DNA of 64,000 nucleotides, from the NCBI GenBank assembly GCA_963751275.1, contig CAVVTZ010000007.1, positions 192,001 to 256,000 on the forward strand. The letters run 5' to 3'. The position numbers and the translations under genes were made by a program. Below are positions 33,346-43,348 of this stretch, piece after piece. The stretch is from an uncultured Gemmatimonadaceae bacterium. GTDB taxonomy: Bacteria; Gemmatimonadota; Gemmatimonadetes; Gemmatimonadales; Gemmatimonadaceae. The notes under the pieces were generated by a model. That model did no database searches. It saw nothing but the letters and a program-made list of their open reading frames with translations, and was not told the DNA's origin. Each line of letters begins with the position of its first letter. Position 1 is the first letter of the stretch.

Positions 33346-33638
33346 CGGGCCGGGACTACGGCGATGAGCCGGTGTGCTCCAACGGGGAATCCGCCGTCAT
33401 AGGGGCCGTGTGCGCCTCGGGCGCCGCGCCGCAGAGCGGAAAACGGGCGTTTCCCCTATGAGAAAACGGCCCGAAAACGGCCGGTCGGCTCATTTCCCCT
33501 CTGGGGCGGGCCCGGCCCCCCATGAGAAAACCGCATCTTCCCTATTGCGTTGTAGAGGGAGCGGCGTAGTATTTGGCGCGTCGGACCGGCGTTCCTTCGC
33601 CCGACGGCGAATCACTCACCACTCCGGAGAGGGCATCG

Positions 33639-33944
33639 ATGGCCACCAAGAAGAAGGCGAAGAAGAAGGTCGCGAAGAAGGCGGGCAAGAAGCGGAAGCC
33701 CAACGCAGCGTTCATGAAGCCGATGATGCCGGACGCCGCGCTCGGCGCCGTCGTCGGCAACAAGGCGATGCCCCGCACCCAGATCACGAAGAAGCTCTGG
33801 CAGTACATCAAGAAGCACAAACTGCAGGACAAGAAGAACCGCCGCATGATCAACGCGGACGACAAGATGCTGAAGGTGTTCAACGGCAAGAAGCAGGTCT
33901 CGATGTTCGAGATGACCAAGCTGGCCAGCAAGCACATGAAGTAG
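33639..33944 (+). CDS. Stand-alone SWIB/MDM2 domain protein with Lys-rich N-tail
   Basis: PNAAFMKP, PRTQITKKLWQYIKKHKLQD..NRRMINAD, VSMFEMTK. Confidence 0.92.
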   Translation: MATKKKAKKKVAKKAGKKRKPNAAFMKPMMPDAALGAVVGNKAMPRTQITKKLWQYIKKHKLQDKKNRRMINADDKMLKVFNGKKQVSMFEMTKLASKHMK

Positions 33945-34067
33945 TTCGCGACGACAGTCGCGTGCTCGACGGGGCGGCTCGCTCGCGGGCCGCCTTCGTT
34001 GTCTTCGCTCTTCGTGCTGCCGGGCGCTGTCCGCAGCGCCGAACGCCTCTCAACGCCCCGAGCCGCT

Positions 34068-34835
34068 GTGGCCGATCCCGCCCGTACCGCCGCCAAGAAG
34101 TCGCTGCCCAAGAAGCCGGACCCCCCGATGACGCCCGCGGCCGTCGCGCGCCTCATCCTCGAAGTGGTCGCGATCTGGGCCGTCGTCCACACGCTCCTCC
34201 TCGCCGGCTACCGCATCCCCAGCGGCAGCATGGAGCCCACGCTGCAGACGGGTGATTTCCTCTTCGTCACGCCGCTTCCCTACGGACCGCACATCCCGTT
34301 CACGCAGTGGAACCTGCCGGGATTCTCCGACCCGCCGCGCGGCAAGATCTCCGTCTACGATTCGCCGCCGCAGCACTGGACGCCCGAGACGCCGTTCTTC
34401 GACAAGAACGACTCGATGCTCACGGTGGTGAAGCGCATCGTGGCCACGCCCGGCGACACGATCTACATGCGCGCCGGCGTCCTCTACGTGAACGGTGTCG
34501 AAAGCCTGCCGCCGGTGGTCCCCGCGCCCGGACCGCAGCAGCCCGGCGAGACGAGCGTCGCCTTCGAGTGGCAGAAGAAGTTCACGGTCGCCGCCTCGCG
34601 CTTCGGCCCCGCCCCCGCGGTGCCCACGCACGATGACTGGGGCCCGCTCCTCGTGCCCGCCGGCCATTACTTCTCCCTCGGCGACAACCGCTACAACTCG
34701 ATCGACGCGCGCTACTACGGGTTCATCCCGCGCAAGAATTTCCGCGGCCGCCCGCTGTTCATCTATTTCTCCTTCGACGTCGACGATCTGCGCCTGCGCT
34801 GGCGCCGCCTATTGAAAGGTCTGTGGAACGCGTGA
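34068..34835 (+). CDS. lepB: Signal peptidase I
   Basis: IPSGSMEPTL, VKRIVATPGD, GDNRYNSIDARY. Confidence 0.9.
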   Translation: MADPARTAAKKSLPKKPDPPMTPAAVARLILEVVAIWAVVHTLLLAGYRIPSGSMEPTLQTGDFLFVTPLPYGPHIPFTQWNLPGFSDPPRGKISVYDSPPQHWTPETPFFDKNDSMLTVVKRIVATPGDTIYMRAGVLYVNGVESLPPVVPAPGPQQPGETSVAFEWQKKFTVAASRFGPAPAVPTHDDWGPLLVPAGHYFSLGDNRYNSIDARYYGFIPRKNFRGRPLFIYFSFDVDDLRLRWRRLLKGLWNA

Positions 34836-36176
34836 CGCCCGGCGACGGCGCGCCCCCCGCGCCGCGCGCCGCCAGCTTCGTCCGTGGCCTCTCGCTCGCC
34901 GGCGTCGTCGCGCTCATCGCCGGCAACATGCTCGGCACGTCGCTCTACACGCTGCCGGCCTCGCTCGCCCAGCAGGTCGGACCCATCGGCCTGCTCTCCT
35001 GGCTCATCACCGCCGCGGGCTTCTTCCTGCTCGCCATCCTCTACGGCTCGCTCGGCACGCGCTTCCCGCGCACCGGCGGACCATACGTCTTCGCGCGCGA
35101 AGCGTTCGGCGACTTCGCCGGATTCCAGACGGTGTGGATGTACTGGCTCAGCGCCGCCGTCGGGAACGCCGCGATCGTCACCGGCGGGATCGCGTACTTC
35201 ACACGGCTCTTCCCCGTGCTCAACGCGAGCCTCTGGTACCAGTTCTTCCTCGCCGAGGGGATCCTCTGGACGCTCTGCACGCTGAACGTGCTCGGCATCA
35301 AGATCGGCGCGCGCGTGCAGATGGCGATCCTGCTCTTCAGCCTCGTGCCGCTCACGCTCCTCGGCCTGGTGCTCTTCCACTTCGATCCAGCGAACCTCCA
35401 CCCCTTTGCGCCCAAGGGCATTGGCGCGCTCGCCACCGGGTCAGCGCTCCTCGTGTGGGCGTTCTCCGGCATCGAGTCGGCCACCGTGCCCGCCGAGGAG
35501 GTGGACCAGCCCGGCAAGATGATCCGCCTCGGCACGATGCTCGGCTTCGGCGTGGCCACGCTGGTCTTCTTCGTCTTCGCGCTGGCGGTGACGGGTGTGC
35601 TGCCGAACGATGTCGTCGCGTCCTCGGCGCATCCGCTGGAACTCGCGGCGCAGCAGGTGCTCGGCCCGCGCGCCGCCTTCTGGGTGAGCGTCGGCGCGGT
35701 GTTCGCCTCGCTCGGCGTGCTCAATGGCTGGACGCTCATGGTGGGACGCATCCCATTCAGCGCCGCCGAGGACGGCATCTTCTTCCGCGCCTTCGGCGAA
35801 CTCCATCCTCGCTTCGGCACGCCGCATGTGGCGCTCATCACCGGCACGATGGTCGCCGCGCTGCTCATTCCGCTCTACTTCGTGAAGGGCACGCTGCTGG
35901 ATGTCTTCACGCTGCTGATCCTGCTCGCCAATCTCGGCGCGCTCTTCCCGTACCTGTACAACTCCGCGGCCGCGCTGATGCTGGCGCGCCGGCCCGGCGG
36001 GGATTGGAGCCCGGCATTCCGCCTGCGCACTCAGGCGATCGCGCTGGTCTGCTTCCTCTTCATGCTGTGGGCCACGTACGGTGTCGGGCAGGAAGTGATC
36101 TTCTACGGGTTCCTGGTGATGATGGCGGGGGTGCCCCTGTACATTCTGGTTCAAGACCTCCGAACGGGCTCCGTAA
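34823..36176 (+). CDS. APC family amino acid permease (frameshift ~36144)
   Basis: GNMLGTSLY, TGGPYVFAREAFG, WAFSGIESA, HPRFGTPH; removing one T gives PLYIWFKTSERAP* at 36176. Confidence 0.88.
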
Positions 36177-36238
36177 CCCGCGCGCCCCTGTTGCCCTGGC
36201 GCCCCTCCAGTCGTAGGAAATGGAGGAGGAATCGCGCC

Positions 36239-36520
36239 ATGAACGAGAAACAATTGATGGGGCTGGGCCTGGTCTTCGTCGTGCTCATGATCGTCGCGCT
36301 CTTCATCGCGTGGCGCCTGCAGCGCTTGGCCAAGCAGAAGGAGGACGCCGAGAAGCGCGCGGTGGTCGCCTTCGAACAGATGAACCTGCTCACCAAGCAG
36401 CTCCGCGAGCGCGCCACGAGCGGGACGGTCGCGTTGCCCCCCGAGTCGCTGCCTCCCGGCGAGCGGCTGCAGCAAATGTATCCGGGGCCGAAGCGCCAGA
36501 CCGGGGCGGCGGGTTCCTGA
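36239..36520 (+). CDS. Small single-TM hypothetical protein
   Basis: GGAGGAGG RBS, ATG 36239, N-terminal TM helix then coiled-coil-like segment. Confidence 0.65.
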   Translation: MNEKQLMGLGLVFVVLMIVALFIAWRLQRLAKQKEDAEKRAVVAFEQMNLLTKQLRERATSGTVALPPESLPPGERLQQMYPGPKRQTGAAGS

Positions 36521-36567
36521 CCCGTCCGGCCGCGCCGCACACCGGGCGTGGCGCGTTAGATTGAACT

Positions 36568-37110
36568 ATGAGCTTCTTCCCGCGCCATACGGAGACTCTC
36601 ACCGCGGAAGACGCGCTCCCGCGGCGCTTCGCGCACTCGCTCGCGGGCATGGCGGTCATCACAGCCGTGCTCGTGTATGGCTTTCGCCTGGTCGCCTTTC
36701 ACAACGGCGCCGGCCGATCATTGTTGCTGCTCTCCCTGGGCGTGCTCGGCCAGCTCGGCCTGCTGATCGCCGGCACCACGATCCACCTGGGCAGCCATCC
36801 GGTGCATCAATGGAAATGGCGCGCGCCGGTGTTCGCGCTGGTGGAGAGCCTCACGGCGATCACGATCAGCGCCATCCTCATCTTCTTCGGCGTGGAGATC
36901 ATCGGCGCCGAACACGCCGGCTGGGCCGACTGGACGACGCTCGCCTTTCGCACGGTGATCCTGCACACGGGCGCGATCGTCATCTTCGCGCTGATCCTGG
37001 GTTTCGTGGTGCAGCGCGTCCGCTACGCGATGCTCAAGCACGAAAACCGCGAGAGCACGGCGCAACTGATCCACGCCGACCACGTGAAGCAGGAAGAGTC
37101 CGCTTCCTGA
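36568..37110 (+). CDS. Four-TM hypothetical membrane protein
   Basis: Four hydrophobic segments, high-GC3 frame. Confidence 0.65.
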   Translation: MSFFPRHTETLTAEDALPRRFAHSLAGMAVITAVLVYGFRLVAFHNGAGRSLLLLSLGVLGQLGLLIAGTTIHLGSHPVHQWKWRAPVFALVESLTAITISAILIFFGVEIIGAEHAGWADWTTLAFRTVILHTGAIVIFALILGFVVQRVRYAMLKHENRESTAQLIHADHVKQEESAS

Positions 37111-37135
37111 CGGCGCCGCGAGTATCTTTCCCCTT

Positions 37136-37501
37136 ATGCCGCGCAAGGACAAGCAGCTGATCGTCGTGGGCGACCGCGTGCTCATCGCCATTGAAGCGGG
37201 CGAGGAGCGCAGCAAGGTCGGCCTGTACCTGCCGCCGAGCGCCGTGGACACGCAGGCGGTGCAGGGCGGCCGCATCGTCGCGACGGGCCCGGGACTGCCG
37301 ATGCCGGATCCCGCCGACGCGAGCGAAGAACCCTGGCGCACGGCTGCGCGCGAGACGCGCTTCGTGCCGATGCAGGCGCGCGAAGGCGACTACGCGCTCT
37401 TCTTCCGCCGTGCCGCGGTGGAGATCTCCTTCGAGAACGACCGCTATCTCGTCGTCCCGCAGACCGCGATCCTCGCGCTCGTGCGCGGCGGCGCTCCATG
37501 A
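37136..37501 (+). CDS. GroES family co-chaperone paralog
   Basis: VGDRVLI, GLYLP, GRIVATGPG, YLVVPQTAILA. Confidence 0.85.
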   Translation: MPRKDKQLIVVGDRVLIAIEAGEERSKVGLYLPPSAVDTQAVQGGRIVATGPGLPMPDPADASEEPWRTAARETRFVPMQAREGDYALFFRRAAVEISFENDRYLVVPQTAILALVRGGAP

Positions 37502-37512
37502 GAGGGTTGCCC

Positions 37513-37929
37513 ATGATGTACGACGAACGCTTCATCGCGCCGATGCGCGCGGAACTCACCCGCATCGGCATCACGGAACTGAAGACGCCGGCCGAGGTGG
37601 ACGGCGCGCTGAAGGATGCGCCCGGCACCACGCTGCTGGTGGTGAATTCGATGTGCGGCTGCGCCGCGCGCAACGCCCGTCCGGCGATCACGCTCGCGCT
37701 CGCGAACGCGAAGAAGCCCGCGAAACTGACGACGGTCTTCGCCGGCCAGGACGCCGAGGCGACGGAGCGCGCGCGGAGTTACATCACGGGCTACCGGCCG
37801 AGTTCGCCGAGCATCGCACTGCTGAAGGACGGGAAGGTCGCGTTCATGCTCGAGCGGAGCCAGATCGAAGGGCGGGATGCGGCATCCATCGCGGCGGATC
37901 TGACGGCGGCGTTCGAGGCCAACTGCTGA
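37513..37929 (+). CDS. BrxA/BrxB family bacilliredoxin
   Basis: PMRAELT, VNSMCGCAA..ARP, TVFAGQD.EAT, PSSPS. Confidence 0.92.
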   Translation: MMYDERFIAPMRAELTRIGITELKTPAEVDGALKDAPGTTLLVVNSMCGCAARNARPAITLALANAKKPAKLTTVFAGQDAEATERARSYITGYRPSSPSIALLKDGKVAFMLERSQIEGRDAASIAADLTAAFEANC

Positions 37930-37934
37930 CTTCG

Positions 37935-39215
37935 TCAGTTAGAGCTTCTCACCCATCTCGCGACTTCGCCCAGCGATGGCCGCTTCCCGTACATGAGCAG
38001 TCCTACCCGGTAGATCCTCGCCGCGAGCCACACGGCGCCGGCGCACGCGGCGAGCACCCCGAGCAGGGTGAGCGCCACCTCGAGCCACGGCACGCTGGTC
38101 ACGATCATGCGGAGCGGCATGATGATCGGCGCCGAGAAGGGGAGCCACGAGAGCACCTCGGCGGTGCGGCTCGATGGGTTCAGCAGGATCGTCTGCAGGA
38201 AGATCATCGGCGTGATCAGCAGCAGGATCACCGGGGTCGCGGCTTGCTGCGCGTCCTGCTCGTTGCTCACCATCGCGCCGACGGCCGCGAACAGCGACGA
38301 ATAGAAGATGTAGCCGAGCACGAAGAAGAGGACGAGCACGATCGCCGCGGCCAGGCTCACGTGCGGCAGCGGCGAGGCATTGGGCTTCGCGCCGAGCGCG
38401 AGCAGGATCGGGGCGCGGAACCTCGCCATGAGGACCAGGCTCGTGAACCAGACGATCTGCTGGGTGATGCCCACCGCGCCCACGCCGAGCACTTTGCCGG
38501 CGAGCAGCGTGTCCGTGGACACGCTCGACACCACCACCTCGGCCACGCGCGTGTTCTTCTCCTCGATCACGCCGCGCAGCACGGTCTGCCCATAGAGGAT
38601 GATCGACATGTAGAGCAGGAACGCCATGCCGAACCCGGCGAAGGCGTTCACCAATCCCGATCCGGCGCGCCCCTGCTCGGACAGCCGCTCGGTGACCAGC
38701 TGCGGCTTGAGCGCGGCGATCGCCGCGGCCTGCGCCGAATCCACATGCGCCTGCGCGAGCCGCGTGCGCAGCACGCTCTGGCGCACGACACCGGTGAGCG
38801 TCTCCATGTCGCCGATGGAGCTGGCGTTGCGGCCCGCGTACCGCGCCGAGTCGCCGGACATCGTGAAGTTGTCGAGCACGAGATAGCCGCGCGTCGCGTC
38901 GCGCACGACCTCGTGCGTGGCCGTGCTCTCGGCGCGCGTGAGCGTGTCGAGCGACACCACGCGCACCACCGGCAGGGGAGCGCCGAACGGACGCGGGATC
39001 GCGGCGGCCACGCGGTCGCCGAGCCCGGCGCCCGTGGCGTCGAGGATGACGATGTTCGCGACGTCCTCGGAGGCCTTGGTGCGCAGCGCGAGCAGCGGCG
39101 GGACGATGAGCAGTGCGCCGAAGAGCACGGGGCCGAAGATCGTCGCGAAGAGGAACCACTTGCTGCGCACACGCTCCATGTACTCGCGCGTGATCACCGC
39201 CCAGAGCTTAGCCAT
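37935..39215 (-). CDS. ABC-2 permease (NatB/YhaP-like)
   Basis: REYMERVRSK, VIEEKNTRVAE, GKVLG, IYRVGLLMYGK. Confidence 0.88.
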   Translation of the reverse strand: MAKLWAVITREYMERVRSKWFLFATIFGPVLFGALLIVPPLLALRTKASEDVANIVILDATGAGLGDRVAAAIPRPFGAPLPVVRVVSLDTLTRAESTATHEVVRDATRGYLVLDNFTMSGDSARYAGRNASSIGDMETLTGVVRQSVLRTRLAQAHVDSAQAAAIAALKPQLVTERLSEQGRAGSGLVNAFAGFGMAFLLYMSIILYGQTVLRGVIEEKNTRVAEVVVSSVSTDTLLAGKVLGVGAVGITQQIVWFTSLVLMARFRAPILLALGAKPNASPLPHVSLAAAIVLVLFFVLGYIFYSSLFAAVGAMVSNEQDAQQAATPVILLLITPMIFLQTILLNPSSRTAEVLSWLPFSAPIIMPLRMIVTSVPWLEVALTLLGVLAACAGAVWLAARIYRVGLLMYGKRPSLGEVARWVRSSN

Positions 39216-40173
39216 GGCCGGTCACCCCCTCTTCCACGCCGGTGGCGCCCACCGCGTCGAGGAAGATCCGGTGGAGCGAAGGCTGCACGAGCTCGAAACG
39301 CTCGATGCCGACGCCCGCGTCCACGAGGCGCTGCAGGAGCCGTTGCGGGTCCGCCCCGCGCGCGAGCTCGATCTCCAGCGAGCGGTTCGAATCATCGGCG
39401 CGGGCGACGAGCGATGCGTCGGCGAGCACGGCGGCGGCCGCCTGCGCGCCGTTGCCGGAGAGGGAGAGCGCCACGAAGCGCCCGCCGTGCTGCGCCTTCA
39501 CGGCCGCGACGCCGCCATCCAGTACCTTCTCGCCGCGCGCGATGATGCACACGGCATCGCACATGCGCTCGGCGCTGTCCATGAGATGGGTGCTGAAGAT
39601 CACCGTGCGCCCCGCGTTGCGGAGATCGATCATGATGTCCTTCAGCGCCTGAGCGTTGATCGGGTCGAGCCCGCTGAACGGCTCGTCGAGGATCACGAGC
39701 TCGGGCTCGTGCAGCAGCGTGCCGATGAACTGCACTTTCTGCTGCATGCCGCGCGAGAGTTCATCGACCTTCGCGAGCCCCCAATCCTTGTCGGCGGTCT
39801 TGAGCTCCAGGCGCTCGAGCCACGTGGTGATCCGCCGGTCGGCCTCGTGGCGCGGCACGCCCTTGAGCGCGGCGAGGAACCGCAGCACGCGGCGCACTTG
39901 CATCTTCTTGTAGAGGCCGCGCTCCTCGGGCAGGTACCCGATCCGGTCGGTGCTGCCGAGTTCGTTATGCGCCTTGCCGAAGAGCTTGATCGATCCCTCG
40001 TCGGGCTCGATGATCTCGAGGATCATGCGGATGGTGGTCGTCTTCCCCGCGCCGTTCGGCCCAAGCAGGCCGTACACCGAACCGCGGGGCACCGTGAGCG
40101 ACAGGTCCTTCACGGCCGCGTGACCGGCGTAGCGCTTGACGACGTGCGAGATCTCGACGGCCGGATCGGGCAT
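39208..40173 (-). CDS. ABC transporter ATP-binding subunit (YhaQ-like)
   Basis: GPNGAGKTT, IGYLPEERGLY, LSRGMQQKVQF, LDEPFSGLDP. Confidence 0.92.
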   Translation of the reverse strand: MPDPAVEISHVVKRYAGHAAVKDLSLTVPRGSVYGLLGPNGAGKTTTIRMILEIIEPDEGSIKLFGKAHNELGSTDRIGYLPEERGLYKKMQVRRVLRFLAALKGVPRHEADRRITTWLERLELKTADKDWGLAKVDELSRGMQQKVQFIGTLLHEPELVILDEPFSGLDPINAQALKDIMIDLRNAGRTVIFSTHLMDSAERMCDAVCIIARGEKVLDGGVAAVKAQHGGRFVALSLSGNGAQAAAAVLADASLVARADDSNRSLEIELARGADPQRLLQRLVDAGVGIERFELVQPSLHRIFLDAVGATGVEEGVTGHG

Positions 40174-40177
40174 GCAC

Positions 40178-40328
40178 GGCTCGGGATTCGGGATTCGGGA
40201 CTCGGGGACGACCAAAGCTACTCGCGCGACCGAGCGGCAGACAACGGCGTGGTCGGTTGCTCTCCGGTCGGTGCGTGGCGAACTTCTTCCACTCGCCCGC
40301 GAATCCCGAATCCCGAGTCCCGAACGCC
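40178..40328. repeat. Inverted pair of 7-bp tandem arrays, (GGGA[T/C]TC)n ... (GA[A/G]TCCC)n
   Basis: gggattc gggattc gggactc at 40183-40203; gaatccc gaatccc gagtccc at 40301-40321. Confidence 0.85.
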
Positions 40329-40329
40329 A

Positions 40330-41260
40330 ATGCGACTGGTAGCGAGCGTGCTGCTCGGTCTTGCCCTCACGGCGAGTCGAGTTTCAGCCCAGGAGCTGAC
40401 CATCTTCAACGCCGACGCCCTCGGCGCGTCCTTGCGCGCCGCGGCCGACAGCTTCGCCGCGCGGGAGCACATCACGGTCGCGCAGGAGAATGCCGGCAGC
40501 CTCGAGACCGCGCGCAAACTCACCGAACTCGGGAAGATCCCGGACGTCATCGCGCTCGCGGACCGTGACGTGTTCCCGAAGCTGCTCATGCCGAGCTACG
40601 TGACGTGGTACGCGCTGTTCGCGCGCAATCGCATGGTGATCGCGTACAGTTCCAGGTCGCGCTTCGCCGCGGAGATGACCGCGCGGAATTGGCCATCGAT
40701 CCTTCTTCGCCCGGGCGTCGAGACCGGACGCGCGGATCCGGACCGCGATCCGAATGGCTACCGGACGTTGCTCGTGCTGCAACTCGCCGAGGGCTTCTAC
40801 CATCAGCCTGGATTCGCGGCGCAGCTGCTGGCCGCGATCCCCGTGCGGAACATCCGCCCGCACGCCATGGATCTCGTCGCGCTGCTCCAGTCCGGCGACC
40901 TCGATTACATTCTGGTCGTACGAGTCCGTGGCGCAGACCGCTTCGCTCTCGTATCTGACGCTGCCGCCAGAGATCGACCTCGGCGACCCCGCGGAGAGCG
41001 TGCGCTACGCCACGGTCTCGGTTCGCGTCGCCGGCAACACGCCGCACGATTCGGTGACGTTCCGCGGTGCGCCCATCGTGTTCGCGCTCTCCATTCCGTC
41101 AGGCGCGACGCACGCCGCGCTGGCGGCGCGCTTCGTCGCCTATCTCTTCTCGCCCGACGGCCAGCGGGTGCTCCGCGCGGCGAAGCTCGACGTACTCCTG
41201 CGGCCGGTGATCACCGGCGCCGGCGCGCCCGACGCCGTCGAGCGAGCGGCCGCGCCGTGA
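40330..41260 (+). CDS. wtpA: WtpA-type tungstate/molybdate ABC substrate-binding protein (frameshift ~40910)
   Basis: GSLETARKLTELGKIPDVIALAD, DPDRDPNGYRTLLVLQLAE, IRP..DL..LLQSGDLDY, LPPEIDLGD. Confidence 0.8.
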
Positions 41261-42058
41261 ACGGCACCCGCGCGACGCACCGCGCCGCCTCGGTGATCGC
41301 GGCGCTCGCCGGCTCGCTCTTCCTCCTGTTCCTGCTCGCGCCGCTCGCCCGGCTCGTCGTCGCAGGGGGGCCATCCGGCGCGGCGGGCCTCTTCACCGAC
41401 GCCGAGCTCCGCCGCTCTCTCGCCCTCACGGCGCTCACCGCCACCGCCGCGACGGTCCTCGGAATGCTCGGTGGTGCACCGCTCGCGTACCTCCTCGAGC
41501 GCCGCCGGTTCCGCGGCCGCTCGCTGCTGGCCGCACTGCTCGACCTGCCCCTGATCGTGCCGCACCCCGTGGCCGGCATGGCGTTGCTGCTCGTGCTCGG
41601 CCGGCAGAGTGCGGTGGGCGGCGCGCTGCTCGCGGCCGGTCTCCGCGTGGTGGGTTCGCCGGTGGGCATCATCTGCGGCGATGCTGTTCGTCTCGGCGCC
41701 GCTCTTCATCAGCGCGGCGCGCGAGGCATTCGGCGGCGTGAACGCGCGCTACGAGAACGTGGCGCGCACGCTCGGAGATCCGCCGTGGCGCGCCTTCCGC
41801 CGCGTGACGCTCCCGCTCGCGACGCGCGGGCTCATCGCCGCCGGCGTCGTGATGTGGGCGAGGGCGGTGAGCGAGTTCGGTGCGATCCTGGTGCTCACGT
41901 ACAACCCCAAGGTCGCGAGCGTGCTCAGCTACGACCGTTACTCGAGCTACGGACTCACCGAGGCGCTGCCGGTGGCGGCGATCCTCGTCCTGCTGGCGCT
42001 CGTGCCGCTCGTCGCCCTGCGCGCGCTGCGCCCCGAGCGCGGCGCGGTGGACGCATGA
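41257..42058 (+). CDS. wtpB: Tungstate/molybdate ABC permease (frameshift ~41678)
   Basis: LDLPLIVPHPVAG, YENVARTLG, WARAVSEFGA...YNP. Confidence 0.82.
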
Positions 42059-43080
42059 TCGAAGCGAGGGGATTCGGCGCGCGGGCGGGCGCATTCGAGC
42101 TGCGCGACATCACCTTCACCGTGCCGCGCGGCGCGTACGGCGTGGTGATCGGACCGGCCGGCTCGGGCAAGACCACGCTCCTCGAAGCGATCGCCGGCAT
42201 CGTCCCCTCCGATGCCGGCTCGCTCCTGCTGGACGGCAAGGACAGCGCCGGCGCGCCGCCGGAGCGCCGCGGCATTGGGCTCGTCTACCAGCACGGCTAT
42301 CTCTTCCCGCACCTCTCGGTGGAAGCCAACATCGCGTACGGCGCGTCCGACCCCGCCTTCGCGCGCGCGATCGGCGAGCGGCTCGGCGCCGGCGCGCTCG
42401 CCGCGCGCGATGTGCGCACGCTCAGCGGCGGCGAACGCGCGATCGTCGCGATCGCGCGCGCCATTGCCGCGCGGCCGTCCATCCTGCTGCTCGACGAGCC
42501 GTTCAGCGCGCTCGACCCGCGGCGGCGCGCGCTGGTGCGCCGCGAGGTGCGCGCGCTCCACCGCGAACTCGGGTCCACGGCGCTCCAGGTGACGCACGAC
42601 TTCACCGAGGCCGGCCTGCTCGGCGATGTCGCGATCCTGCTCGATGCGGGCCGCGTGCTGCAGTGGGGACCACCGGACCGCGTATTCCGCGCGCCCGCCT
42701 CGCCGTACATTGCGGAGTTCCTTGGCGCCGAGAACGTGTTCGCGGGCGAGGTGCGCGCCGGCGCGGATGGCATCGAGTTCCGCGCCGGCGCGCTGACGTT
42801 CCACGCGGTGGGCGACGCGCCGGCGGGCGCGGGCCACGCGGTGATTCGCGCCGAAGAAGTGATGGTCGCGATGGAAGCGTCGGTGTCGTCCGTGCGCAAT
42901 CAGTTCCAGGGCCGGATCACGGAGCTCGCGTCGCTCGGGGCGCTCACGAGAGCGACCGTGGATGTGAATGGCGTTCCGTTGGTGGCCGTGCTCACAACGC
43001 GCTCGGCGCAGGATCTCGTTCTCTCGGAGGGACGGCTCGTATGGGTCTCATTCAAGGCCATGGCGGTGCATCTGTGTTGA
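42055..43080 (+). CDS. wtpC: Tungstate/molybdate ABC ATPase with C-terminal TOBE domain
   Basis: GPAGSGKTT, LFPHLSV, LDEPFSALD, SSVRNQFQG, FKAMAVH. Confidence 0.85.
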   Translation: MIEARGFGARAGAFELRDITFTVPRGAYGVVIGPAGSGKTTLLEAIAGIVPSDAGSLLLDGKDSAGAPPERRGIGLVYQHGYLFPHLSVEANIAYGASDPAFARAIGERLGAGALAARDVRTLSGGERAIVAIARAIAARPSILLLDEPFSALDPRRRALVRREVRALHRELGSTALQVTHDFTEAGLLGDVAILLDAGRVLQWGPPDRVFRAPASPYIAEFLGAENVFAGEVRAGADGIEFRAGALTFHAVGDAPAGAGHAVIRAEEVMVAMEASVSSVRNQFQGRITELASLGALTRATVDVNGVPLVAVLTTRSAQDLVLSEGRLVWVSFKAMAVHLC

Positions 43081-43267
43081 CGTCCGCGCGCGGGGCGCTG
43101 GCCGCTTCGACGAAGCGCTGGTGAACTGGCTGCTGGGCGTTCCGTGACGAGCTGGCGCCAAGGACTGGCGCCGCTTTGGCGTTTAGGTTTGTTATGGGCA
43201 TACACCATAAGAGCGAAGCTGCGTCGGACGGTCCGGTTGGTCGGCGTTTCAGATCCAAACCAGCTTC

Positions 43268-43333
43268 TGTAATTGTTATCATTGTTATGATATATTATCA
43301 TAACGAATAGATATTATCATAAATAACCAATAA
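43268..43333 (+). promoter_or_regulatory. AT-rich promoter/operator array upstream of ATPase gene
   Basis: TTATCAT at 43276, 43295, 43314 (19-bp spacing); palindrome GTTATGATA-TAT-TATCATAAC. Confidence 0.65.
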
Positions 43334-43348
43334 GCAAGCCGGCGTTCC

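Noticed and set aside
34823..36520. Permease fused to a C-terminal TM/coiled-coil domain
   Set aside because: An extra T at ~36144 bypasses the stop at 36176, and the downstream part has its own RBS and ATG.
38917..43080. 1387-aa ORF suggesting a WtpA-B-C fusion
   Set aside because: It is antisense of the ABC genes joined to wtpA/B/C fragments by two +1 indels; each gene has its own start and stop after correction.
42900..43301. 133-aa minus-strand ORF
   Set aside because: It overlaps wtpC antisense, starts inside the operator array and has no recognisable motif.
43276..43322. Fur box
   Set aside because: It contains GATAAT-like hexamers, but the core TGATATATTATCA is 2 bp short of the 7-1-7 Fur palindrome and the repeats are 19 bp apart.
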